From Desulfobulbaceae bacterium (lineage in GTDB: Bacteria > Desulfobacterota > Desulfobulbia > Desulfobulbales > Desulfocapsaceae), in NCBI GenBank assembly GCA_026988015.1, contig JALSMA010000001.1:11156-75155 (forward strand): a stretch of 64,000 nucleotides of DNA, written 5' to 3'. Of this stretch, positions 37,616-46,729 are shown in pieces (positions within the stretch are counted from its first letter, which is position 1; each line of letters opens with the position of its first letter). Under the pieces are notes generated by a model that worked only from the letters and a program-made list of their open reading frames with translations, searched no databases and was not told the origin of the DNA. The translations under genes were made by a program, and so were the position numbers.

Positions 37616-38803
37616 ATGACTATCTCAACAAAGATGCGTAATTTTGCAGAAAAATCTTCCTGGATCCGTAAGATGTTTGAAGAAGGTGCAAAGATGAAGG
37701 CACAGCATGGTGCTGCAAATGTATTTGATTTCAGCCTTGGCAACCCTGATGTTCCGCCACCAGCTGAATACAATAAAGTCATCAAAGAAATAGTTGCCGA
37801 CGAAACACCCGGTATGCACGCCTATATGCCCAATGGCGGATACCCATGGGTCCGTGAAGCCCTTGCGGGCAAGATGTCCAGTGAACAGGGTATTGATGTC
37901 TTTCATGGCGACATGCTTATGACCTGCGGTGCAGCCGGCGCCTTGAATGTGGTCATGAAGTCACTCCTGAACCCTGGTGAAGAAGTAATTCTTCTTGCAC
38001 CCTATTTTGTAGAATACAACTTCTATGTGGATAATCATGGCGGGGTCAGTAAGATCGTTCAGACCGATAGCGAGTTCAACCTTGACATAAACGCCATTGG
38101 AGAAGCCATAACGGAAAAGACAAAAGCCGTTATCATCAACTCTCCCAATAATCCAACCGGCCAGATTTACTCCCAGGCCTCCCTCAATGAACTCGGGGCG
38201 CTGCTGGATAAAAAAGGGGCTGAACTCAAAACGACCATCTATCTCCTGGCAGATGAGCCGTACCGCAAGATTATTTTTGACAACAATGCTGTTGGCAGTG
38301 TCTTTCAGGCCACAAATAACTCCATAGTCCTGTCATCTTATTCCAAAAATCTCTCACTACCAGGTGAGCGTATCGGATACCTAGCAGTTCACCCCGAGAT
38401 CACAGAAAAAGCAGCCCTTCTCGATGCAATGACCCTGGCCAACCGGATTCTCGGCTTCGTCAACGCACCGGCCCTTATGCAGCGCGTTGTAGCTGAACTT
38501 CAGGATGCAAGCGTTGACACCTCCATCTACGTCGAGCGCAGGGAAACTTTTTGCAAACTGTTACGTGATGCCGGCTATGAATTCATCCCCCCAAAAGGCG
38601 CCTTTTATGTCTTCCCCAAATCTCCCATCACTGACGATGTGAAGTTTTGTGCAATCCTTCAGGAAGAGAAGATCCTGGCTGTACCTGGTCAGGGATTTGG
38701 CGCGCCGGGATACTTCCGACTGGCATTCTGTGTCAGTGATACCGTAATTGCAGGATCTGCCAATGCCTTTAAAAGAGCCCTGGACAAAGCCAGAAGCCTG
38801 TAA
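37616..38803 (+). CDS. class I/II pyridoxal-phosphate-dependent aminotransferase
   Basis: 'NSPNNPTG', 'SYSKNLSLPGERIGY' (PLP lysine) and 'FRLAF'. Confidence 0.85.
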   Translation: MTISTKMRNFAEKSSWIRKMFEEGAKMKAQHGAANVFDFSLGNPDVPPPAEYNKVIKEIVADETPGMHAYMPNGGYPWVREALAGKMSSEQGIDVFHGDMLMTCGAAGALNVVMKSLLNPGEEVILLAPYFVEYNFYVDNHGGVSKIVQTDSEFNLDINAIGEAITEKTKAVIINSPNNPTGQIYSQASLNELGALLDKKGAELKTTIYLLADEPYRKIIFDNNAVGSVFQATNNSIVLSSYSKNLSLPGERIGYLAVHPEITEKAALLDAMTLANRILGFVNAPALMQRVVAELQDASVDTSIYVERRETFCKLLRDAGYEFIPPKGAFYVFPKSPITDDVKFCAILQEEKILAVPGQGFGAPGYFRLAFCVSDTVIAGSANAFKRALDKARSL

Positions 38804-39160
38804 AAAAAGTTTCCCTCCCACCACCAGCCTTTGCTGCTATCACCATATTTCCAATGGCGACAGCAAAGGCCTCCTTCTTTCCCCCTCTTTACTTCACATG
38901 GGTAATCTCCATTGTCAAATAAGCGTGTGATTTGAGTTGACAGCTGCCAGACAGGCCGTCCGAGCTGAACCACTTTGAAACACTTGTTCCATTGCGTTTC
39001 ACCGCGCCAGAAAAACCAATAACATACTAGACCAACTACGAAAACATCACCAAAGGCAAACGTGAGCGTTTCACTACGTTCCAATCCTGTTTCTCCCCCC
39101 CTGGCACCAAAACATCACATCCCACTGTTATTACAACGTAAAGACAAAAAGCAACTACCT

Positions 39161-39176
39161 TGGCACACTATTCGCA
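39161..39176 (+). promoter_or_regulatory. sigma-54 (-24/-12) promoter
   Basis: TGGCACACTATTCGCA has correct GG-N10-GC spacing and lies about 53 nt upstream of the ATG at 39229. The 9-mer GCGTTTCAC occurs twice upstream (38994-39002 and 39066-39074). Confidence 0.55.
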
Positions 39177-39228
39177 TAGTCTTTATTAGTTGTCGGACCA
39201 TAGATTATTCCACAAAAGGAGATCAGCG

Positions 39229-40446
39229 ATGCCATCCGTAGCTATATTCTGCAGCAAATTCACTAACGAAAAAGAAATTTTACACAAACTTCGTACGTTA
39301 TTGGGACTTGAGGTCATCACAGATGGGGATATTATCGATGAAGCCTGTGACAGGCAACTGGCAATCCGAAACAAGCTGGAACAAGCTCTTTATAAAAAAA
39401 CATCCGTTTTCAATCAGTTTACCCTGGAGAGAGAACGTAACGTTGCACACCTTAAATTTATCCTGGCAGAACGATTAGCACAAAAACAAAACGAAATTTA
39501 TTACGGTTTCACATCACTTCTTATTCCCAACGATATAACCCACGTTTTAAAAGTACTGGTTATTGACAGTAGCGACATGAGGTGCAAGAGAGCGGTGAAT
39601 GAAGGTATCCCTGAGAAAGAAGCTGCACAGATTATCCGGGAAGAAGACATCAGCGCTTACAGTTGGACTGATTTCCTGTTCCACAAAGAGGCTTTTGATA
39701 AATCTCTGTATGATATTGTTATCCCCGTCGGTGGAAAAAATAGCGATGACATCATCAACCTCATCCAGGAAAACCTTAACAAACCCGCTGTACTTGAAAC
39801 GGAAGAATCTATTCAGGCTGTTAAGGATTTCGCTCTCACCGCCAAGGTTGAAAATGCGCTACTCTCCAAGGGGCAACGGGTTGAAGTTGAAACACACAAC
39901 GGTTGTGTTTCACTCAAGGTCACCAAGGGTTCCTTCAACTTCAACAGACTTACAGAAAAGTTATCTGCAATTGCCGGCAGTGTTCCGGGTGTTAAAGATG
40001 TAGAGGTTCTTCAGGGCAAGGGACATATCACATCAATATATCGTGACCAGAACTTCGAATTGCCCCCTAAAGTCCTGCTGGTTGATGATGAAAAAGAATA
40101 CGTCCAGACACTGTCCGAAAGACTGACAACCCGGAATATGGGACCCTATGCTGTATATGACGGCCAGCAGGCTTTGAATTTTGTAGACACTGACAAACCT
40201 GATGTCATGGTGCTTGACCTTAAAATGCCTGGTATTAACGGTATCGAGGTACTGCAGCAAATAAAAAAAACAAATCCCAATATCGAGGTTATCATTTTAA
40301 CAGGGCATGGATCCGAAGCTGATCGAGAGACATGCATGAACCTTGGCGCATACGCCTATCTACAGAAGCCGACAGACGTTGAAAAAATTTCTGCCACCAT
40401 TGCAGAAGCCTATAAAAAAATCACAGCAAAGAAAGCGATCGCCTGA
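39229..40446 (+). CDS. fusion protein: cytidylate-kinase-like N-domain, BON-like domain, C-terminal receiver
   Basis: SD AAAGGAG sits before the ATG at 39229. The N-terminal 'VAIFCSKFTNEKEILHKL' region is cytidylate-kinase-like. 'VENALLSKGQRVEVETHNGCVSLKV...VPGVKDVEV' is BON-like. The REC is 'VLLVDDEKEYVQTLSERL...VMVLDLKMPGING...IILTGHG...YLQKP'. Confidence 0.6.
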   Translation: MPSVAIFCSKFTNEKEILHKLRTLLGLEVITDGDIIDEACDRQLAIRNKLEQALYKKTSVFNQFTLERERNVAHLKFILAERLAQKQNEIYYGFTSLLIPNDITHVLKVLVIDSSDMRCKRAVNEGIPEKEAAQIIREEDISAYSWTDFLFHKEAFDKSLYDIVIPVGGKNSDDIINLIQENLNKPAVLETEESIQAVKDFALTAKVENALLSKGQRVEVETHNGCVSLKVTKGSFNFNRLTEKLSAIAGSVPGVKDVEVLQGKGHITSIYRDQNFELPPKVLLVDDEKEYVQTLSERLTTRNMGPYAVYDGQQALNFVDTDKPDVMVLDLKMPGINGIEVLQQIKKTNPNIEVIILTGHGSEADRETCMNLGAYAYLQKPTDVEKISATIAEAYKKITAKKAIA

Positions 40447-40555
40447 AAACAAGCATCAGGATTCCTACTATCGACCAATGTACCTACCCAACGTGTTTTA
40501 TACCACCAGGTGCATTGTGAAAACTGACGAACCTTAAACCTTTGGAGGGAGAGAC

Positions 40556-40996
40556 ATGGCAGATAAACTAAATGCCAACGTACTACTGGTTGATGACGAA
40601 GAGCAGTTTCTGGAAGTTCTTTCAGAACGACTTGAAACCCGTGGCCTGCAAGTGAACTCGGTAACAAGTGGAGAAGATGCTGTTGCCCAGGTTGAAGACA
40701 GTAATTTTGACGCCATCGTGGTGGATCTTGCCATGCCGGGTATCAACGGCATCGAGACCATGAAACGGATCAAGGAGAAGCGCCCGGATCTTGAGATTAT
40801 AATTTTAACCGGGCAGGCTACTGTTGAGACCGGTATCGAGGCAATGAAGCTTGGTGCCGAAGATTTCCTGGAAAAGCCGGTGGATCTCAACGTGCTTCTA
40901 GAAAAAATCAGTAATGCAAAACATAAAAGAATGCTGGTTCTTGAAAAGAAATCTCAGGACGAAATGAAAAAAATTCTGAAAAGCAAAAGCTGGTAA
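40556..40996 (+). CDS. single-domain response regulator with conserved C-terminal tail (paralog of 50029-50466)
   Basis: 'VLLVDDEEQFLEVLSERLETRG...VVDLAMPGINGIE...IILTGQA...FLEKP' and the tail 'AKHKRMLVLEKKSQDEMKKILKSKSW'. Confidence 0.85.
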   Translation: MADKLNANVLLVDDEEQFLEVLSERLETRGLQVNSVTSGEDAVAQVEDSNFDAIVVDLAMPGINGIETMKRIKEKRPDLEIIILTGQATVETGIEAMKLGAEDFLEKPVDLNVLLEKISNAKHKRMLVLEKKSQDEMKKILKSKSW

Positions 40997-41189
40997 GCAC
41001 ACGCCTCTTACCTAGCTGAAATACATCCCGCAAAAAGTACCATAATAATGCCGGTTTTTATTAAAAACTCCGCTTCTAACACACCTGTACCCGATGGCAC
41101 TCCAGCCACATCTGGCCCCAGGTAGGTGTTCCCGTTATATATCCTTCATGCCTAACTTAATGGTTTAACTATCCAAGAGGAGAGAACTT

Positions 41190-41708
41190 GTGACTGCAGA
41201 AAAACAGGTCGTAAAAGATTGCATAATACCAATTGACCGCTACCCCCACCTGAGAGATTCGCAAACATTAAGTGATGCTGTACAAATATTGCTTTCTTAT
41301 ACCTGTGGCAACGAAGGGCGCCTCCAGTATGGCGGAGTGCTCATTATTAACGAAAGCAATCAACTAACTGGTTGTCTTAACCTGCAAACCATCCTCCGGG
41401 CCCTTGATAGGCGGCTGGCAGACTCACCAGGAGGTTTTGAGGGGAAAGATGGGAAATACCCTGACCTAGCCTTTTTATGGGAAGAATCTTTTTTCAGAAA
41501 ATGTTCTGAAAAACACGATATCCCCATCAAGGACTTTATGATTTCAAGCAACACAATCGTCAAGGGAAGTGATCCTCTGCTGAAGGCTCTTTCCATCATG
41601 TTGCATAATAACGAAATTTTCTTACCAGTATCGGAAGACGGAAACATAATCGGAGTTATCCGCTTGGAAGAAATATTTACCGCTATCTGCAGCGCCTGCA
41701 GACTATGA
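41190..41708 (+). CDS. CBS-domain pair protein
   Basis: GTG start. There are two CBS-like units: 'VKDCIIPIDRYPHLRDSQTLSDAVQILL' and 'IKDFMISSNTIV...LPVSEDGNIIGVIRLEEIF'. Confidence 0.6.
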   Translation: MTAEKQVVKDCIIPIDRYPHLRDSQTLSDAVQILLSYTCGNEGRLQYGGVLIINESNQLTGCLNLQTILRALDRRLADSPGGFEGKDGKYPDLAFLWEESFFRKCSEKHDIPIKDFMISSNTIVKGSDPLLKALSIMLHNNEIFLPVSEDGNIIGVIRLEEIFTAICSACRL

Positions 41709-41742
41709 TGGATTAAAAACACAATAAAATTAGAAGAAGAGG

Positions 41743-43248
41743 GTGTTAGCTATGTCTCATGCAACAACAGAAGTAGCTTTAGCTGAAGCTAGTAAGCCGT
41801 TCGACTGGAAACGGCTTATATTTATGTTTACCGGTATTGGACTTTTTGCCTTTGTCTATTACTGTCCGCCCTGGCCGGATGCCATTGACCCTATGGGGAA
41901 GCACTTTGTATTGAGCCCGCAAGCCAAAGGAGCCATTGCCGTCTTTCTACTGGCTGCAACATGGTGGGTCTTTGAGGTTGTCCCCATTGGCGTCACCAGT
42001 CTTACCATCGGAGTCCTCCAGGCACTTTTCATGATCCGCGACCCCAAGGTGGCCTTCAAAGATTTCATGGACCCTTCAGTTCTCTTTATTTTCGGTTCTA
42101 TTGTTATTGGCATGGTCTTCACCAAAACAGGGTTGACTAAGCGTATTGCCTACAAAATGCTCTCCATTGTCGGCGAGAAAACAAGCATGATCTATCTTGG
42201 CTGTTTTGTTATGACAGCTGCCTTGACTCATGTCATGGCCCATACAGCCGTTGCCGCCACCATGTTCCCCCTGCTCATGGCCATTCACGCCCTCTATTCA
42301 GACGAAGACAAACCCACCAAATTTGGTAAGGGCCTTTTTATAGGCATGGCTTATGTGGCAGGTGCAGGAAGTATTGTCACCTTGCTTGGCGCCGCCCGCG
42401 GTGCGGTTGCTCTTGGTTTCTACAAAGACATTATGAATGTAGATATCAGCTTTTTTCAACTTACCATGTACATGTTCCCCATTGGCTGGATCATGGTTTT
42501 CCTGCTGTGGGGCTTCTTCATGATTTTTTTCAAGCCAGAACAGGCTCGAATTCCCGGCCTTAAAGAAAAAGCCAAGAGGATGTATATTGAATTGGGAAGT
42601 TGGAGCAGAAATGAAATATTGACAGCCGTCATTGTTGTAGGAACCATTCTGATCATAGCCCTGAAAAACTTCATCCCAGCATTGGACGGTTTGCACAAGA
42701 CCGGTATCCTGCTCTGTTCCACCATCGCTTTTTTTCTCTTTAATATTCTGGACATTGATGACCTTGAGGAAATTCCCTGGAATATCATTCTCCTTTTTGC
42801 AGGTGCCATGTCCATCGGCTTTTGCTTGTGGGAAACCGGGGCAGCTAAATGGATGGCTGTTAACTGGCTGGTTCTTTTTCAGGATTCCCCCTCCATTGTA
42901 TTTATTATTGGTATGGCCTTTTTTGTCATGATGATGACCAACTTTATCATGAATGTTGCTGCAATTGCTATCTCCCTGCCAGTGGCTCTGGTCATTGCAC
43001 CTTATCTTGGAGTTGGTGGAGAAGTGATTCTATTCTCTGCTCTGGTTGTATCCGGTATGCCATTCCTGTTACTGGTTGGTGCTGCCCCCAACGCCATAGC
43101 CTACAACTCTAAACAATTCACCACTGGAGAATTCTTTTTATGGGGACTCCCGGCAAGTGTTGTACTTATGCTGGTTACCTGGCTTGCGGTTGCTGTCATC
43201 TGGCCGGTGATGGGTATGGAGATATATGTGACCCCAACAGTACGATAA
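41743..43248 (+). CDS. SLC13/DASS-like anion permease (ArsB/NhaD superfamily)
   Basis: About 12-14 TM segments with internal repeat motifs 'AGAGSIVTLLGAARG' and 'VGAAPNAIAYNS'. Confidence 0.55.
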   Translation: MLAMSHATTEVALAEASKPFDWKRLIFMFTGIGLFAFVYYCPPWPDAIDPMGKHFVLSPQAKGAIAVFLLAATWWVFEVVPIGVTSLTIGVLQALFMIRDPKVAFKDFMDPSVLFIFGSIVIGMVFTKTGLTKRIAYKMLSIVGEKTSMIYLGCFVMTAALTHVMAHTAVAATMFPLLMAIHALYSDEDKPTKFGKGLFIGMAYVAGAGSIVTLLGAARGAVALGFYKDIMNVDISFFQLTMYMFPIGWIMVFLLWGFFMIFFKPEQARIPGLKEKAKRMYIELGSWSRNEILTAVIVVGTILIIALKNFIPALDGLHKTGILLCSTIAFFLFNILDIDDLEEIPWNIILLFAGAMSIGFCLWETGAAKWMAVNWLVLFQDSPSIVFIIGMAFFVMMMTNFIMNVAAIAISLPVALVIAPYLGVGGEVILFSALVVSGMPFLLLVGAAPNAIAYNSKQFTTGEFFLWGLPASVVLMLVTWLAVAVIWPVMGMEIYVTPTVR

Positions 43249-43427
43249 TACTACTTACACCATCTTTTGTTGGCAGAAATCCCTTAATGTGGCATTATTA
43301 CACATGTTAGTGTCTGTTCATTGCGGATAGACTCTAGTCAAAGGATTCTGGTAATGATCCAGATACTTCAACAAAACAATAACAGCTCAAAACGTACCGG
43401 TTCAGCAACACAGAACCGGTACGTTTC

Positions 43428-44900
43428 GTGAAAATTGGGGAGGACCAAACAGTGTCTTTTTTTTCCAGTAAGTTTATATTCCTTGTTTCTGTACTCATTG
43501 GCCTGCCTGGTACGGCATTGGCGGCAACTGCTGGATCTGGTGGCCAAATTGACCTCACGTCTCATTGGGCAGGATACGTCTCAATTGCGATTTTCGTCAT
43601 TGCGTACGCTTTGGTCATGGCCGAAGAATTTACTCATATGCGTAAATCAAAACCCGTCCTGCTGGCTGCCGGGATGATTTGGGCGATTGTTGCCTGGGTT
43701 TATGCCAGCAACGGCCTTACTCATGCCGCAGAGGTAGCAGTTCGCCACAACATCCTTGAGTTCGCTGAACTCTTTCTCTTTTTACTGGTGGCAATGACCT
43801 ATATCAATGCCATGGAAGAAAGGCTGGTTTTCGAGACTCTGCGAGTCAAACTGGTGTGTGCCGGCTATTCACTACGCAAACTCTTCTGGATTACCGGTGT
43901 CCTCGCTTTTTTCATTTCTCCGATTGCTGATAACCTGACCACTGCCCTTCTAATGTGCGCCGTCGTCATGGCAATTGGTAAAGGCAATGTCAAATTTGTC
44001 AGCCTGGCATGCATCAACATCGTCGTAGCTGCCAATGCAGGTGGCGCGTTCAGTCCTTTCGGCGACATCACTACCCTTATGGTGTGGCAGAAAGGCATTG
44101 TTGACTTTTGGACTTTTTTCAACCTTTTTATCCCTTCAGCAGTTAATTGGCTGGTACCAGCTGTGATCATGAGCTTTGCTGTTCCCAATGCCCAACCTGC
44201 GGCCTGTGAAGGCGATGTCACTATGAAACGTGGTGCTGTTGTGGTTATGGCTCTGTTCTTACTGACTATTATAACAGCCGTCAGTTTCCATAACTTTCTC
44301 CACCTGCCGCCGATGATGGGGATGATGACAGGTCTTGCCTATCTGAAACTTTACGGTTATTACCTGAAAAAAACTCACAAAAATGGTCCCGGCTCAGCTG
44401 GACATGATCCAGTAAAAGCTGAGGAGCGACTTGGTGACACCGTTGCTTTTGATATTTTCAAAAAAATTGCCAGAGCTGAGTGGGACACATTGATGTTTTT
44501 TTATGGGGTTATTCTCTGCGTTGGTGGCCTGGGATTTATCGGCTACCTGGCAATGGCATCTCAGGTCATGTATATTGGATGGGGAACCACACCTGCCAAT
44601 ATAATGGTTGGTGTTCTCTCTGCCATTGTTGACAACATTCCCGTCATGTTTGCAGTGCTGACCATGAAACCTGATATGTCAACGGGACAGTGGCTGCTGG
44701 CGACTCTGACCGCAGGGGTTGGGGGAAGTATGCTGTCCATTGGGTCAGCTGCCGGTGTAGCTCTCATGGGGCAGGCTCGTGGTATGTATACATTTTTTGG
44801 TCATCTTAAATGGATGCCGGTTATTGCTCTTGGATACGCGGCAAGTATTTATGTACATTTTCTGGTCAATAGTAGATTTTTTGACGGTGTTCCCTTATAG
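43428..44900 (+). CDS. nhaD: NhaD-family Na+/H+ antiporter
   Basis: 'SPIADNLTTALLM', 'AANAGGAFSPFGDITTLMVW' and 'SAIVDNIPV'. GTG start. Confidence 0.8.
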   Translation: MKIGEDQTVSFFSSKFIFLVSVLIGLPGTALAATAGSGGQIDLTSHWAGYVSIAIFVIAYALVMAEEFTHMRKSKPVLLAAGMIWAIVAWVYASNGLTHAAEVAVRHNILEFAELFLFLLVAMTYINAMEERLVFETLRVKLVCAGYSLRKLFWITGVLAFFISPIADNLTTALLMCAVVMAIGKGNVKFVSLACINIVVAANAGGAFSPFGDITTLMVWQKGIVDFWTFFNLFIPSAVNWLVPAVIMSFAVPNAQPAACEGDVTMKRGAVVVMALFLLTIITAVSFHNFLHLPPMMGMMTGLAYLKLYGYYLKKTHKNGPGSAGHDPVKAEERLGDTVAFDIFKKIARAEWDTLMFFYGVILCVGGLGFIGYLAMASQVMYIGWGTTPANIMVGVLSAIVDNIPVMFAVLTMKPDMSTGQWLLATLTAGVGGSMLSIGSAAGVALMGQARGMYTFFGHLKWMPVIALGYAASIYVHFLVNSRFFDGVPL

Positions 44901-44967
44901 AGTAACCTGACGGTTACTGTCAGGGAAAAGAGAGGGCTGTGTAATTAAACAGAGGCGGTCAAGCGTT

Positions 44968-46362
44968 ATGGCATCAACAATTCCCAGCCCACTGGAAAAA
45001 ATTGCTGTAATAGAGATCTTAAACAGTGTCCCGCATGGTGTTCTCATTCTGGATACTGAGCTGCGCATCCTGGAGATGAACAGTTTTCTGGAGGTCCTTA
45101 CAGGATTCTCCAGTTCTGATGCACGTGGAGTCTACGCAGACTACATTTTACGCAGCAATATAGACAATAACGGTAGGAAATTTCATGAAGTTTTAGAATC
45201 AGTGGAATGTCTATCAGTTGCAGGTGATATTATCACCCAGCACCACAAAAAAATTCCCGTCCACTTCACTGTTTCCCCCTTGATGGATGATTCCGGTATT
45301 GCGGCCGGACTTCTGGTGTTTCTTGAAGATATCTCTGCCTTGGAGTCTTTTGACAAAAAACGCCGCAACAATAATGCTGTTGTGGATATCCTCGGTCTTA
45401 GCCCCAAGATACAGGAAACGTTCGACCTGATACCTGTACTTGCTCATACCGACGCCTCAGTCCTAATCACTGGAGAAACCGGGACAGGCAAAGATATGTT
45501 TGCCGAAGCCATCCATAAAACTTCAAAAAGGTCTCGTCATCCCTTCATTAAAGTTAACTGTGGAGCTCTGCCTGAGGCCTTGCTCGAATCTGAATTATTT
45601 GGTCACGCCAGAGGTGCATTCACAGGTGCCGTAAAAGATAAACCTGGCCTGTTCCGTATGGCACAAAATGGTACCATTTTTCTCACCGAGATAGGAGACC
45701 TGCCTCTCACCCTACAGGTGAAGCTCCTCTCGGTGCTGGATGACAAAGAATTTTTCCCTGTGGGTGGGGTTAAAAAAGTGAAGGTTAATATCCGCATTAT
45801 TGCCGCTACCCACCGCCCCTTGAGGGAACTGGTCAAGCTTGGTGAATTCAGGGAAGATCTCTTCTACCGCCTCAATGTCCTGCGCATGCACTTGCCACCG
45901 CTCCGTGAACGGGAGGGTGATGTTCGACTGCTTCTCGATCATTTTATGCGGAAATTTAGTGGTTCCCTGAATAAGCCCATCAAGGGATTTTCCAAAAGAT
46001 CTATTGAAATATTAACATCGTATCGTTATCCAGGTAATGTTCGTGAACTCCGCAATATTATTGAGTACGCCGTGAATATATGCCAGGAAAAGAAAATCCA
46101 GGAAGAATCTTTACCCAAGTATCTCTTTTCTCCTCAGAGAGGTCAGGAAGTTGCGCCAAGAAAAGAGCAGATGCCAAGTGAGACCATTGCAGAGACAGCT
46201 TCGTCTTCAACCACGGGCAATGGGGGATGGGGGGAAGTTGAAAAAGAAATGATACTTGACGCCATGAAGAAAACCGGGGGAAACCGTTCCAAAGCTGCCC
46301 GCATATTAGGCTGGGGCAGAACAACCCTGTGGCGCAAACTCAACAGGTACGAATTAAGCTGA
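44968..46362 (+). CDS. sigma-54-dependent transcriptional activator, PAS-AAA+-HTH, no receiver domain
   Basis: N-terminal PAS-like region, 'GETGTGKDMFA', 'GAFTGA', 'ELRN' and a C-terminal 'AARILGWGRTTLWRKL'. Confidence 0.9.
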   Translation: MASTIPSPLEKIAVIEILNSVPHGVLILDTELRILEMNSFLEVLTGFSSSDARGVYADYILRSNIDNNGRKFHEVLESVECLSVAGDIITQHHKKIPVHFTVSPLMDDSGIAAGLLVFLEDISALESFDKKRRNNNAVVDILGLSPKIQETFDLIPVLAHTDASVLITGETGTGKDMFAEAIHKTSKRSRHPFIKVNCGALPEALLESELFGHARGAFTGAVKDKPGLFRMAQNGTIFLTEIGDLPLTLQVKLLSVLDDKEFFPVGGVKKVKVNIRIIAATHRPLRELVKLGEFREDLFYRLNVLRMHLPPLREREGDVRLLLDHFMRKFSGSLNKPIKGFSKRSIEILTSYRYPGNVRELRNIIEYAVNICQEKKIQEESLPKYLFSPQRGQEVAPRKEQMPSETIAETASSSTTGNGGWGEVEKEMILDAMKKTGGNRSKAARILGWGRTTLWRKLNRYELS

Positions 46363-46375
46363 ACAAGTCTCCTTT

Positions 46376-46729
46376 ATGAAAATATTACTCACCATCCAAA
46401 AAAGAAATATAGCTCCACGTTTTGACCTGACAACCGAGGTTCTGATTGCACTCTGCGTGGATCAGCACATCCTAGGTACTCCACGAACCATTCTGATGAC
46501 CCGCCCCTCCTCTGAAGAACTCTGTGCCCTCATCATTAAAGAGGGAGTTAATACTGTTATTTGCGGGGGGATCGAGGAAAGTCACCTAAAGTATCTTACC
46601 TGGAAAAATATCCAGGTCATTGACTCAGTCATAGGACCATATTCCGAAGCCTTGAAAGCAGTTAACAAGGGCACCTTAAGGCCCAGCATAATTTTACCTG
46701 AAACAATGCAGGGAGAGCAAGCAAAATGA
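46376..46729 (+). CDS. NifB/NifX-family (dinitrogenase FeMo-cofactor-binding domain-like) small protein
   Basis: 117 aa, 'NIAPRFDLTTEVLI...GVNTVICGGIEE', the typical fold pattern of PF02579-type proteins. Its stop overlaps the start of the next gene (ATGA). Confidence 0.5.
   Translation: MKILLTIQKRNIAPRFDLTTEVLIALCVDQHILGTPRTILMTRPSSEELCALIIKEGVNTVICGGIEESHLKYLTWKNIQVIDSVIGPYSEALKAVNKGTLRPSIILPETMQGEQAK

Noticed and set aside
38689-39084. Listed minus-strand 131-aa ORF in the aminotransferase/CK-BON-REC intergenic region
   Set aside because: It overlaps the aminotransferase 3' end antisense. It has a Trp/Gly/Cys-rich odd composition and no SD or domain features. The region is better explained as promoter/UAS DNA.
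39102-39118. Second TGGCAC motif (TGGCACCAAAACATCAC), 60 nt upstream of the accepted sigma-54 promoter
   Set aside because: There is no TGC/GC at the -12 position. The downstream site at 39161 fits the consensus much better.
41095-41111. TGGCAC motif upstream of the CBS gene (TGGCACTCCAGCCACAT)
   Set aside because: It lacks the -12 GC element at the required spacing, so it is not a credible sigma-54 promoter.
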